Origin: Auanema rhodensis
Lineage: Eukaryota > Animalia > Nematoda
NCBI GenBank assembly: GCA_964057225.1
Contig: OZ059896.1
Location: forward strand, 1,426,001 to 1,490,000
Direction of reading: 5' to 3'
Length of the DNA: 64,000 nt
A model generated the notes under the pieces. The model made no database searches and was not told where the DNA came from. It worked only from the letters and a program-made list of their open reading frames with translations. Made by a program: the position numbers and the translations under genes. This document shows, in pieces, positions 21,932 through 36,400 of the stretch (within the stretch, counting starts at the first letter, position 1; every line of letters begins with the position of its first letter).

Positions 21932-24900
21932 AGATCGACGCAGCTTAAAAATCCGCATCGAATGCACTATACTACATTAAGAAAAGCTTAATACAAAAAT
22001 TAGTTATGATCGTTTGAAAAATGATGCATTAGTGTATGTTGAGTTTCCATGTACACTCAACATTGCTTCCAAAAACATTTTGACAAAAATTTTTTCGAAA
22101 AATTTCAAAATAATTTAGCGAAAAGTAGATGTTTTTAGATTCCTTTTTTCGAGGCAAAAACGATGGACAATGTTATTCAACGAAAAAATTAATTCTTCAG
22201 GGTGAAAACCGAGGATATAAGTGTGAACTTATATCAGTTGATATCTCGGTGCATTTTTAAGCTAGCGGAAATTTGATAACACAGATCGACGCAGCTTAAA
22301 AATCCGCATCGAATGCACTATACTACATTAAGAAAAGCTTAATACAAAAATTAGTTATGATCGTTTGAAAAATGATGCATTAGTGTATGTTGAGTTTCCA
22401 TGTACACTCAAAATTGCTTCCAAAAACATTTTGACAAAAATTTTTTCAAAAAATTTCAAAATAATTTAGCGAAAAGTAGATGTTTTTAGATTCCTTTTTT
22501 CAAGGCAAAAACGATGGACAATGTTATTCAACGAAAAAATTAATTCTTCAGGGTGAAAATCGAGGATATAGGTGTGAACTGATATCAGTTGATATCTCGG
22601 TGCATTTTCAAGCTAGCGCAAATCTGATAGTACAGATCGACGCAGCTTAAAAATCCGCATCGAATGCACTATACTTCATTGAGAAACGCTTAATACAAAA
22701 TTTAGTTATGATCGTTTGAAAAATGATGCATTAGTGTATGTTGAGTTTCCATGTACACTCAACATTGCTTCCAAAAACATTTTGACAAAAATTTTTTCGA
22801 AAAATTTCAAAATAATTTAGCGAAAAGTAGATGTTTTTAGATTCCTTTTTTCAAGGCAAAAACGAAGGACAATGTAATTCAACGAAAAAATTAATTCTTC
22901 AGGGTGAAAATCGAGGATATAAGTGTGAACTTATATCAGTTCATATCTCGGTGCATTTTCAAGCTAGCGCAAATCTGATAGTACAGATCGACGCAGCTTA
23001 AAAATCCGCATCGAATGCACTATACTACATTGAGAAACGCTTAATACAAAAATTAGTTATGATCGTTTGAAGAATGATGCATTAGTGTATGTTGAGTTTC
23101 CATGTACACTCAACATTGCTTCCAAAAACATTTTGACAAAAATTTTTTCGAAAATTTCAAAATAATTTAGCGAAAAGTAGATGTTTTTAGATTCCTTTTT
23201 TCGAGGCAAAAACGATGGACAATGTTATTCAACGAAAAAATTAATTCTTCAGGGTGAAAATCGAAAATATAAGTGTGAACTTATATCAGTTGATATCTCG
23301 GTACATTTTTCAGCTAGCGCAAATCTGATAACACAGGTCGACGCAGCTTAAAAATCCGCATCGAATGCACTATACTACATTGAGAAACGCTTAATACCAA
23401 AATTAGTTATGATCGTTTGAAAAATGATGCATTAGTGTATGTTGAGTTTCCATGTACACTCAAAATTGCTTCCAAAAACATTTTGACAAAAATTTTTTCG
23501 AAAAATTTCAAAATAATTTAGCGAAAAGTAGATGTTTTTAGATTCCTTTTCTCAAGGCAAAAACGAAGGACAATGTAATTCAACGAAAAAATTAATTCTT
23601 CAGGGTGAAAATCGAGGATATAAGTGTGAACTTATATCAGTTCATATCTCGGTGCATTTTCAAGCTAGCGCAAATCTGATAGTACAGATCGACGCAGCTT
23701 AAAAATCCGCATCGAATGCACTATACTACATTGAGAAACGCTTAATACAAAAATTAGTTATGATCGTTTGAAAAATGATGCATTAGTGTATGTTGAGTTT
23801 CCATGTACACTCAAAATTGCTTCCAAAAACATTTTGACAAAAATTTTTTCGAAAAATTTCAAAATAATTTAGCGAAAAGTAGATGTTTTTAGATTCCTTT
23901 TTTCGAGGCAAAAACGATGGACAATGTTATTCAACGAAAAAATTAATTCTTCAGGGTGAAAATCGAGGATATAAGTGTGAACTTATATCAGTTGATATCT
24001 CGGTGCATTTTCAAGCTAGCGCAAATCTGATAGTACAGATCGACGCAGCTTAATAATCCGCATCGAATGCACTATACTACATTGAGAAACGCTTAATACA
24101 AAAATTAGTTATGATCGTTTGAAAAATGATGCATTAGTGTATGTTGAGTTTCCATGTACACTTAAAATTGCTTCCAAAAACATTTTGACAAAAATTTTTT
24201 CAAAAAATTTCAAAATAATTTAGCGAAAAGTAGATGTTTTTAGATTCCTTTTTTCAAGGCAAAAACGATGGACAATGTTATTCAACGAAAAAATTAATTC
24301 TTCAGGGTGAAAATCGAGGATATAGGTGTGAACTTATATCAGTTGATATCTCGGTGCATTTTCAAGCTAGCGCAAATCTGATAGTACAGATCGACGCAGC
24401 TTAAAAATCCGCATCGAATGCACTATACTACATTGAGAAACGCTTAATACAAAATTTAGTTATGATCGTTTGAAAAATGATGCATTAGTGTATGTTGAGT
24501 TTCCATGTACACTCAACATTGCTTCCAAAAACATTTTGACAAAAATTTTTTCGAAAAATTTCAAAATAATTTAGCGAAAAGTAGATGTTTTTAGATTCCT
24601 TTTTTCAAGGCAAAAACGAAGGACAATGTAATTCAACGAAAAAATTAATTCTTCAGGGTGAAAATCGAGGATATAAGTGTGAACTTATATCAGTTCATAT
24701 CTCGGTGCATTTTCAAGCTAGCGCAAATCTGATAGTACAGATCGACGCAGCTTAAAAATCCGCATCGGATGCACTATACTACATTGAGAAACGCTTAATA
24801 CAAAAATTAGTTATGATCGTTTGAAAAATGATGCATTAGTGTATGTTGAGTTTCCATGTACACTCAACATTGCTTCCAAAAACATTTTGACAAAAATTTT

Positions 24901-27900
24901 TTCGAAAATTTCAAAATAATTTAGCGAAAAGTAGATGTTTTTAGATTCCTTTTTTCGAGGCAAAAACGATGGACAATGTTATTCAACGAAAAAATTAATT
25001 CTTCAGGGTGAAAATCGAAAATATATGTGTGAACTTATATCAGTTGATATCTCGGTGCATTTTTCAGCTAGCGCAAATCTGATAACACAGATCGACGCAG
25101 CTTAAAAATCCGCATCTAATGCACTATACTACATTGAGAAACGCTTTATACCAAAATTAGTTATGATCGTTTGAAAAATGATGCATTAGTGTATGTTGAG
25201 TTTCCATGTACACTCAAAATTGCTTCCAAAAACATTTTGACAAAAATTTTTTCGAAAAATTTCAAAATAATTTAGCGAAAAGTAGATGTTTTCAGATTCC
25301 TTTTTTTGAGGCGAAAACGAAGGACAATGTAATTCAACGAAAAAATTAATTCTTCAGGGTGAAAATCGAGGATATAAGTGTGAACTTATATCAGTTGATA
25401 TCTCGGTGCCTTTTTAAGCTAGCGGAAATCTGATAACACAGATCGACGCAGCTTAAAAATCCGCATCGAATGCACTATACTACATTGAGAGACGCTTAAT
25501 ACAAAAATTAGTTATGATCGTTTGAAAAATGATGCATTAGTGTATGTTGAGTTTCCATGTACACTCAACATTGCTTCCAAAAACATTTTGACAAAAATTT
25601 TTTCGAAAAATTTCAAAATAATTTAGCAAAAAGTAGATGTTTTTAGATTCCTTTTTTCAAGGCAAAAACGAAGGACAATGTAATTCAACGAAAAAATTAA
25701 TTCTTCAGGGTGAAAATCGAGGATATAAGTGTGAACTTATATCAGTTCATATCTCGGTGCATTTTCAAGCTAGCGCAAATCTGATAGTACAGATCGACGC
25801 AGCTTAAAAATCCGCATCGAATGCACTATACTACATTGAGAAACGCTTAATACAAAAATTAGTTATGATCGTTTGAAAAATGATGCATTAGTGTATGTTG
25901 AGTTTCCATGTACACTCAACATTGCTTCCAAAAACATTTTGACAAAAATTTTTTCGAAAATTTCAAAATAATTTAGCGAAAAGTAGATGTTTTTAGATTC
26001 CTTTTTTCGAGGCAAAAACGATGGACAATGTTATTCAACGACGAAATTAATTCTTCAGGGTGAAAATCGAGGATATAAGTGTGAACTTATATCAGTTGAT
26101 ATCTCGGTGCCTTTTTAAGCTAGCGGAAATCTGATAACACAGATCGACGCAGCTTAAAAATCCGCATCGAATGCACTATACTACATTAAGAAAAGCTTAA
26201 TACAAAAATTAGTTATGATCGTTTGGAAAATGATGCATTAGTGTATGTTGAGTTTCCATGTACACTCAAAATTGCTTCCAAAAACATTTTGACAAAAATT
26301 TTTTCGAAAAATTTCAAAATAATTTAGCGAAAAGTAGATGTTTTTAGATTCCTTTTTTCGAGGCAAAAACGATGGACAATGTTATTCAACGAAAAAATTA
26401 ATTCTTCAGGGTGAAAATCGAGGATATAAGTGTGAACTTATATCAGTTGATATCTCGGTGCATTTTCAAGCTAGCGCAAATCTGATAGTACAGATCGACG
26501 CAGCTTAAAAATCCGCATCAAATGCACTATACTACATTGAGAAACGCTTAATACAAAAATTAGTTATGATCGTTTGAAAAATGATGCATTAGTGTATGTT
26601 GAGTTTCCATGTACACTCAACATTGCTTCCAAAAACATTTTGACAAAAATTTTTTCGAAAATTTCAAAATAATTTAGCGAAAAGTAGATGTTTTTAGATT
26701 CCTTTTTTCGAGGCAAAAACGATGGACAATGTTATTCAACGAAAAAATTAATTCTTCAGGGTGAAAATCGAAAATATAAGTGTGAACTTATATCAGTTGA
26801 TATCTCGGTGCATTTTTCAGCTAGCGCAAATCTGATAACACAGATCGACGCAGCTTAAAAATCCGCATCGAATGCACTATACTACATTGAGAAACGCTTT
26901 AAACCAAAATTAGTTATGATCGTTTGAAAAATGATGCATTAGTGTATGTTGAGTTTCCATGTACACTCAAAATTGCTTCCAAAAACATTTTGACAAAAAT
27001 TTTTTCGAAAAATTTCAAAATAATTTAGCGAAAAGTAGATGTTTTCAGATTCCTTTTTTTGAGGCAAAAACGATGGACAATGTTATTCAACGACGAAATT
27101 AATTCTTCAGGGTGAAAATCGAGGATATAAGTGTGAACTTATATCAGTTGATATCTCGGTGCATTTTTAAGCTAGCGCAAATCTAATAACACAGATCGAC
27201 GCAGCTTAAAAATCCGCATCGAATGCACTATATTACATTGAGGAAAGCTTAATACAAAAATTAGTTATGATCGTTTGGAAAATGATGCATTAGTGTATGT
27301 TGAGTTTCCATGTACACTCAAAATTGCTTCCAAAAACATTTTGACAAAAATTTTTTCGAAAAATTTCAAAATAATTTAGCGAAAAGTAGATGTTTTTAGA
27401 TTCCTTTTTTCGAGGCAAAAACGATGGACAATGTTATTCAACGAAAAAATTAATTCTTCAGGGTGAAAATCGAGGATATAAGTGTGAACTTATATCAGTT
27501 GATATCTCGGTGCATTTTCAAGCTAGCGCAAATCTGATAGTACAGATCGACGCAGCTTAAAAATCCGCATCAAATGCACTATACTACATTGAGAAACGCT
27601 TAATACAAAAATTAGTTATGATCGTTTGAAAAATGATGCATTAGTGTATGTTGAGTTTCCATGTACACTCAACATTGCTTCCAAAAACATTTTGACAAAA
27701 ATTTTTTCGAAAATTTCAAAATAATTTAGCGAAAAGTAGATGTTTTTAGATTCCTTTTTTCGAGGCAAAAACGATGGACAATGTTATTCAACGAAAAAAT
27801 TAATTCTTCAGGGTGAAAATCGAAAATATAAGTGTGAACTTATATCAGTTGATATCTCGGTGCATTTTTCAGCTAGCGCAAATCTGATAACACAGATCGA

Positions 27901-30900
27901 CGCAGCTTAAAAATCCGCATCGAATGCACTATACTACATTGAGAAACGCTTTATACCAAAATTAGTTATGATCGTTTGAAAAATGATGCATTAGTGTATG
28001 TTGAGTTTCCATGTACACTCAAAATTGCTTCCAAAAACATTTTGACAAAAATTTTTTCGAAAAATTTCAAAATAATTTAGCGAAAAGTAGATGTTTTCAG
28101 ATTCCTTTTTTTGAGGCAAAAACGATGGACAATGTTATTCAACGAAAAAATTAATTCTTCAGGATGAAAATCGAGGATATAAGTGTGAACTTATATCAGT
28201 TGATATCTCGGTGCCTTTTTAAGCTAGCGGAAATCTGATAACACAGATCGACGCAGCTTAAAAATCCGCATCGAATGCACTATACTACATTAAGGAAAGC
28301 TTAATACAAAAATTAGTTATGATCGTTTGGAAAATGATGCATTAGTGTATGTTGAGTTTCCATGTACACTCAAAATTGCTTCCAAAAACATTTTGACAAA
28401 AATTTTTTCGAAAAATTTCAAAATAATTTAGCGAAAAGTAGATGTTTTTAGATTCCTTTTTTCGAGGCAAAAACGATGGACAATGTTATTCAACGAAAAA
28501 AATAATTCTTCAGGGTGAAAATCGAGGATATAAGTGTGAACTTATATCAGTTGATATCTCGGTGCATTTTCAAGCTAGCGCAAATCTGATAGTACAGATC
28601 GACGCAGCTTAAAAATCCGCATCGAATGCACTATACTACATTAAGAAAAGCTTAATACAAAAATTAGTTATGATCGTTTGAAAAATGATGCATTAGTGTA
28701 TGTTGAGTTTCCATGTACACTCAACATTGCTTCCAAAAACATTTTGACAAAAATTTTTTCGAAAAATTTCAAAATAATTTAGCGAAAAGTAGATGTTTTT
28801 AGATTCCTTTTTTCGAGGCAAAAACGAAGGACAATGTAATTCAACGAAAAAATTAATTCTTCAGGGTGAAAATCGAGGATATAAGTGTGAACTTATATCA
28901 GTTCATATCTCGGTGCATTTTCAAGCTAGCGCAAATCTGATAGCACAGATCGACGCAGCTTAAAAATCCGCATCGAATGCACTATACTACATTGAGAAAC
29001 GCTTAATACAAAAATTAGTTATGAACGTTTGAAGAATGATGCATTAGTGTATGTTGAGTTTCCATGTACACTCAACATTGCTTCCAAAAACATTTTGACA
29101 AAAATTTTTTCGAAAATTTCAAAATAATTTAGCGAAAAGTAGATGTTTTTAGATTCCTTTTTTCGAGGCAAAAACGATGGACAATGTTATTCAACGAAAA
29201 AATTAATTCTTCAGGGTGAAAATCGAAAATATAAGTGTGAACTTATATCAGTTGATATCTCGGTGCATTTTTCAGCTAGCGCAAATCTGATAACACAGAT
29301 CGACGCAGCTTAAAAATCCGCATCGAATGCACTATACTACATTGAGAAACGCTTAATACCAAAATTAGTTATGATCGTTTGAAAAATGATGCATTAGTGT
29401 ATGTTGAGTTTCCATGTACACTCAAAATTGCTTCCAAAAACATTTTGACAAAAATTTTTTCGAAAAATTTCAAAATAATTTAGCGAAAAGTAGATGTTTT
29501 TAGATTCCTTTTTTCAAGGCAAAAACGATGGACAATGTTATTCAACGAAAAAATTAATTCTTCAGGGTGAAAATCGAGGATATAGGTGTGAACTTATATC
29601 AGTTGATATCTCGGTGCATTTTCAAGCTAGCGCAAATCTGATAGTACAGATCGACGCAGCTTAAAAATCCGCATCGAATGCACTATACTACATTGAGAAA
29701 CGCTTAATACAAAATTTAGTTATGATCGTTTGAAAAATGATGCATTAGTGTATGTTGAGTTTCCATGTACACTCAACATTGCTTCCAAAAACATTTTGAC
29801 AAAAATTTTTTCGAAAAATTTCAAAATAATTTAGCGAAAAGTAGATGTTTTTAGATTCCTTTTTTCAAGGCAAAAACGATGGACAATGTTATTCAACGAA
29901 AAAATTAATTCTTCAGGGTGAAAATCGAGGATATAAGTGTGAACTTATATCAGTTGATATCTCGGTGCATTTTCAAGCCAGCGCAAATCTGATAGTACAG
30001 ATCGACGCAGCTTAAAAATCCGCATCGGATGCACTATACTACATTGAGAAACGCTTAATACAAAAATTAGTTATGATCGTTTGAAAAATGATGCATTAGT
30101 GTATGTTGAGTTTCCATGTACACTCAACATTGCTTCCAAAAACATTTTGACAAAAACTTTTTCGAAAATTTCAAAATAATTTAGCGAAAAGTAGATGTTT
30201 TTAGATTCCTTTTTTCGAGGCAAAAACGATGGACAATGTTATTCAACGAAAAAATTAATTCTTCAGGGTGAAAATCGAAAATATATGTGTGAACTTATAT
30301 CAGTTGATATCTCAGTGCATTTTTCAGCTAGCGCAAATCTGATAACACAGATCGACGCAGCTTAAAAATCCGCATCGAATGCACTATACTACATTGAGAA
30401 ACGCTTTATACCAAAATTAGTTATGATCGTTTGAAAAATGATGCATTAGTGTATGTTGAGTTTCCATGTACACTCAAAATTGCTTCCAAAAACATTTTGA
30501 CAAAAATTTTTTCGAAAAATTTCAAAATAATTTAGCGAAAAGTAGATGTTTTCAGATTCCTTTTTTTGAGGCGAAAACGATGGACAATGTTATTCAACGA
30601 AAAAATTAATTCTTCAGGGTGAAAATCGAGGATATAAGTGTGAACTTATATCAGTTGATATCTCGGTGCCTTTTTAAGCTAGCGGAAATCTGATAACACA
30701 GATCGACGCAGCTTAAAAATCCGCATTGAATGCACTATACTACATTGAGAGACGCTTAATACAAAAATTAGTTATGATCGTTTGAAAAATGATGCATTAG
30801 TGTATGTTGAGTTTCCATGTACACTCAACATTGCTTCCAAAAACATTTTGACAAAAATTTTTTCGAAAAATTTCAAAATAATTTAGCGAAAAGTAGATGT

Positions 30901-33469
30901 TTTTAGATTCCTTTTTTCAAGGCAAAAACGATGGACAATGTTATTCAACGAAAAAATTAATTCTTCAGGGTGAAAATCGAGGATATAAGTGTGAACTTAT
31001 ATCAGTTGATATCTCGGTGCATTTTCAAGCTAGCGCAAATCTGATAGTACAGATCGACGCAGCTTAAAAATCCGCATCGAATGCACTATACTACATTGAG
31101 AAACGCTTAATACAAAAATTAGTTATGATCGTTTGAAAAATGATGCATTAGTGTATGTTGAGTTTCCATGTACACTCAACATTGCTTCCAAAAACATTTT
31201 GACAAAAATTTTTTCGAAAATTTCAAAATAATTTAGCGAAAAGTAGATGTTTTTAGATTCCTTTTTTCGAGGCAAAAACGATGGACAATGTTATTCAACG
31301 AAAAAATTAATTCTTCAGGGTGAAAATCGAAAATATAAGTGTGAACTTATATCAGTTGATATCTCGGTGCATTTTCAAGCTAGCGCAAATCTGATAGTAC
31401 AGATCGACGCAGCTTAAAAATCCGCATCAAATGCACTATACTACATTGAGAAACGCTTAATACAAAAATTAGTTATGATCGTTTGAAAAATGATGCATTA
31501 GTGTATGTTGAGTTTCCATGTACACTCAACATTGCTTCCAAAAACATTTTGACAAAAATTTTTTCGAAAATTTCAAAATAATTTAGCGAAAAGTAGATGT
31601 TTTTAGATTCCTTTTTTCGAGGCAAAAACGATGGACAATGTTATTCAACGAAAAAATTAATTCTTCAGGGTGAAAATCGAAAATATAAGTGTGAACTTAT
31701 ATCAGTTGATATCTCGGTGCATTTTTCAGCTAGCGCAAATCTGATAACACAGATCGACGCAGCTTAAAAATCCGCATCGAATGCACTATACTACATTGAG
31801 AAACGCTTTATACCAAAATTAGTTATGATCGTTTGAAAAATGATGCATTAGTGTATGTTGAGTTTCCATGTACACTCAAAATTGCTTCCAAAAACATTTT
31901 GACAAAAATTTTTTCGAAAAATTTCAAAATAATTTAGCGAAAAGTAGATGTTTTCAGATTCCTTTTTTTGAGGCAAAAACGATGGACAATGTTATTCAAC
32001 GAAAAAATTAATTCTTCAGGGTGAAAATCGAGGATATAAGTGTGAACTTATATCAGTTGATATCTCGGTGCCTTTTTAAGCTAGCGGAAATCTGATAACA
32101 CAGATCGACGCAGCTTAAAAATCCGCATCGAATGCACTATACTACATTAAGAAACGCTTAATACAAAAATTAGTTATGATCGTTTGGAAAATGATGCATT
32201 AGTGTATGTTGAGTTTCCATGTACACTCAAAATTGCTTCCAAAAACATTTTGACAAAAATTTTTTCGAAAAATTTCAAAATAATTTAGCGAAAAGTAGAT
32301 GTTTTTAGATTCCTTTTTTCGAGGCAAAAACGATGGACAATGTTATTCAACGAAAAAAATAATTCTTCAGGGTGAAAATCGAGGATATAAGTGTGAACTT
32401 ATATCAGTTGATATCTCGGTGCATTTTCAAGCTAGCGCAAATCTGATAGTACAGATCGACGCAGCTTAAAAATCCGCATCGAATGCACTATACTACATTG
32501 AGAAACGCTTAATACAAAAATTAGTTATGATCGTTTGAAAAATGATGCATTAGTGTATGTTGAGTTTCCATGTACACTCAAAATTGCTTCCAAAAACATT
32601 TTGACAAAAATTTTTTCGAAAAATTTCAAAATAATTTAGCGAAAAGTAGATGTTTTTAGATTCCTTTTTTCGAGGCAAAAACGATGGACAATGTTATTCA
32701 ACGAAAAAATTAATTCTTCAGGGTGAAAATCGAGGATATAAGTGTGAACTTATATCAGTTGATATCTCGGTGCATTTTTAAGCTAGCGGAAATTTGATAA
32801 CACAGATCGACGCAGCTTAAAAATCCGCATTGAATGCACTATACTACATTGTGAAAAGCTTAATACAAAAATTAGTTATGATCGTTTGGAAAATGATGCA
32901 TTAGTGTATGTTGAGTTTCCATGTACACTCAAAATTGCTTCCAAAAACATTTTGACAAAAATTTTTTCGAAAAATTTCAAAATAATTTAGCGAAAAGTAG
33001 ATGTTTTTAGATTCCTTTTTTCGAGGCAAAAACGATGGACAATGTTATTCAACGAAAAAATTAATTCTTCAGGGTGAAAATCGAGGATATAAGTGTGAAC
33101 TTATATCAGTTGATATCTCGGTGCATTTTTAAGCTAGCGGAAATTTTATAACACAGATCGACGCAGCTTAAAAATCCGCATTAAATGCACTATACTACAT
33201 TGTGAAAAGCTTAATACAAAAATTAGTTATGATCGTTTGGAAAATGATGCATTAGTGTATGTTGAGTTTCCATGTACACTCAAAATTGCTTCCAAAAACA
33301 TTTTGACAAAAATTTTTTCGAAAAATTTCAAAATAATTTAGCGAAAAGTAGATGTTTTTAGATTCCTTTTTTCGAGGCAAAAACGATGGACAATGTTATT
33401 CAACGAAAAAATTAATTCTTCAGGGTGAAAATCGAGGATATAAGTGTGAACTTATATCAGTTGATATCT

Positions 33470-36400
33470 CGGTGCATTTTCAAGCTAGCGCAAATCTGAT
33501 AGTACAGATCGACGCAGCTTAAAAATCCGCATCGAATGCACTATACTACATTGAGAAACGCTTAATACAAAAATTAGTTATGATCGTTTGAAAAATGATG
33601 CATTAGTGTATGTTGAGTTTCCATGTACACTCAAAATTGCTTCCAAAAACATTTTGACAAAAATTTTTTCGAAAAATTTCAAAATAATTTAGCGAAAAGT
33701 AGATGTTTTTAGATTCCTTTTTTCGAGGCAAAAACGATGGACAATGTTATTCAACGAAAAAATTAATTCTTCAGGGTGAAAATCGAGGATATAAGTGTGA
33801 ACTTATATCAGTTGATATCTCGGTGCATTTTTAAGCTAGCGGAAATTTGATAACACAGATCGACGCAGCTTAAAAATCCGCATTGAATGCACTATACTAC
33901 ATTGTGAAAAGCTTAATACAAAAATTAGTTATGATCGTTTGGAAAATGATGCATTAGTGTATGTTGAGTTTCCATGTACACTCAAAATTGCTTCCAAAAA
34001 CATTTTGACAAAAATTTTTTCGAAAAATTTCAAAATAATTTAGCGAAAAGTAGATGTTTTTAGATTCCTTTTTTCGAGGCAAAAACGATGGACAATGTTA
34101 TTCAACGAAAAAATTAATTCTTCAGGGTGAAAATCGAGGATATAAGTGTGAACTTATATCAGTTGATATCTCGGTGCATTTGCAAGCTAGCGCAAATCTG
34201 ATAGTACAGATCGACGCAGCTTAAAAATCCGCATCGAATGCACTATACTACATTGAGAAACGCTTAATACAAAAATTAGTTATGATCGTTTGAAAAATGA
34301 TGCATTAGTGTATGTTGAGTTTCCATGTACACTCAAAATTGCTTCCAAAAACATTTTGACAAAATTTTTTCGAAAAATTTCAAAATAATTTAGCGAAAAG
34401 TAGATGTTTTTAGATTCCTTTTTCGAGGCAAAAACGATGGACAATGTTATTCAACGAAAAAATTAATTCTTCAGGGTGAAAATCGAGGATATAAGTGTGA
34501 ACTTATATCAGTTGATATCTCGGTGCATTTTTAAGCTAGCGGAAATTTGATAACACAGATCGACGCAGCCTAAAAATCCGCATTGAATGCACTATACTAC
34601 ATTGTGAAAAGCTTAATACAAAAATTAGTTATGATCGTTTGGAAAATGATGCATTAGTGTATGTTGAGTTTCCATGTACACTCAAAATTGCTTCCAAAAA
34701 CATTTTGACAAAAATTTTTTCGAAAAATTTCAAAATAATTTAGCGAAAAGTAGATGTTTTTAGATTCCTTTTTTCGAGGCAAAAACGATGGACAATGTTA
34801 TTCAACGAAAAAATTAATTCTTCAGGGTGAAAATCGAGGATATAAGTGTGAACTTATATCAGTTGATATCTCGGTGCATTTTTAAGCTAGCGGAAATTTG
34901 ATAACACAGATCGACGCAGCTTAAAAATCCGCATTGAATGCACTATACTACATTGTGAAAAGCTTAATACAAAAATTAGTTATGATCGTTTGGAAAATGA
35001 TGCATTAATGTATGTTGAGTTTCCATGTACTTTCAAAATTGCTTCCAAAAACATTTTGACAAAAATTTTTTCGAAAAATTTCAAAATAATTTAGCGAAAA
35101 GTAGATGGTTTTAGATTCCTTTTTTCGAGGCAAAAACGATGGACAATGTTATTCAACGAAAAAATTAATTCTTCAGGGTGAAAATCGAGGATATAAGTGT
35201 GAACTTATATCAGTTGATATCTCGGTGCATTTTTAAGCTAGCGGAAATTTGATAACACAGATCGACGCAGCTTAAAAATCCGCATTGAATGCACTATACT
35301 ACATTGTGAAAAGCTTAATACAAAAATTAGTTATGATCGTTTGGAAAATGATGCATTAGTGTATGTTGAGTTTCCATGTACACTCAAAATTGCTTCCAAA
35401 AACATTTTGACAAAATTTTTTCGAAAAATTTCAAAATAATTTAGCGAAAAGTAGATGTTTTTAGATTCCTTTTTTCGAGGCAAAAACGATGGACAATGTT
35501 ATTCAACGAAAAAATTAATTCTTCAGGGTGAAAATCGAGGATATAAGTGTGAACTTATATCAGTTGATATCTCGGTGCATTTTTAAGCTAGCGGAAATTT
35601 GATAACACAGATCGACGCAGCTTAAAAATCCGCATTGAATGCACTATACTACATTGTGAAAAGCTTAATACAAAAATTAGTTATGATCGTTTGGAAAATG
35701 ATGCATTAGTGTATGTTGAGTTTCCATGTACACTCAAAATTGCTTCCAAAAACATTTTGACAAAAATTTTTTCGAAAAATTTCAAAATAATTTAGCGAAA
35801 AGTAGATGTTTTTAGATTCCTTTTTTCGAGGCAAAAACGATGGACAATGTTATTCAACGAAAAAATTAATTCTTCAGGGTGAAAATCGAGGATATAAGTG
35901 TGAACTTATATCAGTTGATATCTCGGTGCATTTTTAAGCTAGCGGAAATTTGATAACACAGATCGACGCAGCTTAAAAATCCGCATTGAATGCACTATAC
36001 TACATTGTGAAAAGCTTAATACAAAAATTAGTTATGATCGTTTGGAAAATGATGCATTAGTGTATGTTGAGTTTCCATGTACACTCAAAATTGCTTCCAA
36101 AAACATTTTGACAAAAATTTTTTCGAAAAATTTCAAAATAATTTAGCGAAAAGTAGATGTTTTTAGATTCCTTTTTTCGAGGCAAAAACGATGGACAATG
36201 TTATTCAACGAAAAAATTAATTCTTCAGGGTGAAAATCGAGGATATAAGTGTGAACTTATATCAGTTGATATCTCGGTGCATTTTCAAGCTAGCGCAAAT
36301 CTGATAGTACAGATCGACGCAGCTTAAAAATCCGCATCGAATGCACTATACTACATTGAGAAACGCTTAATACAAAAATTAGTTATGATCGTTTGAAAAA

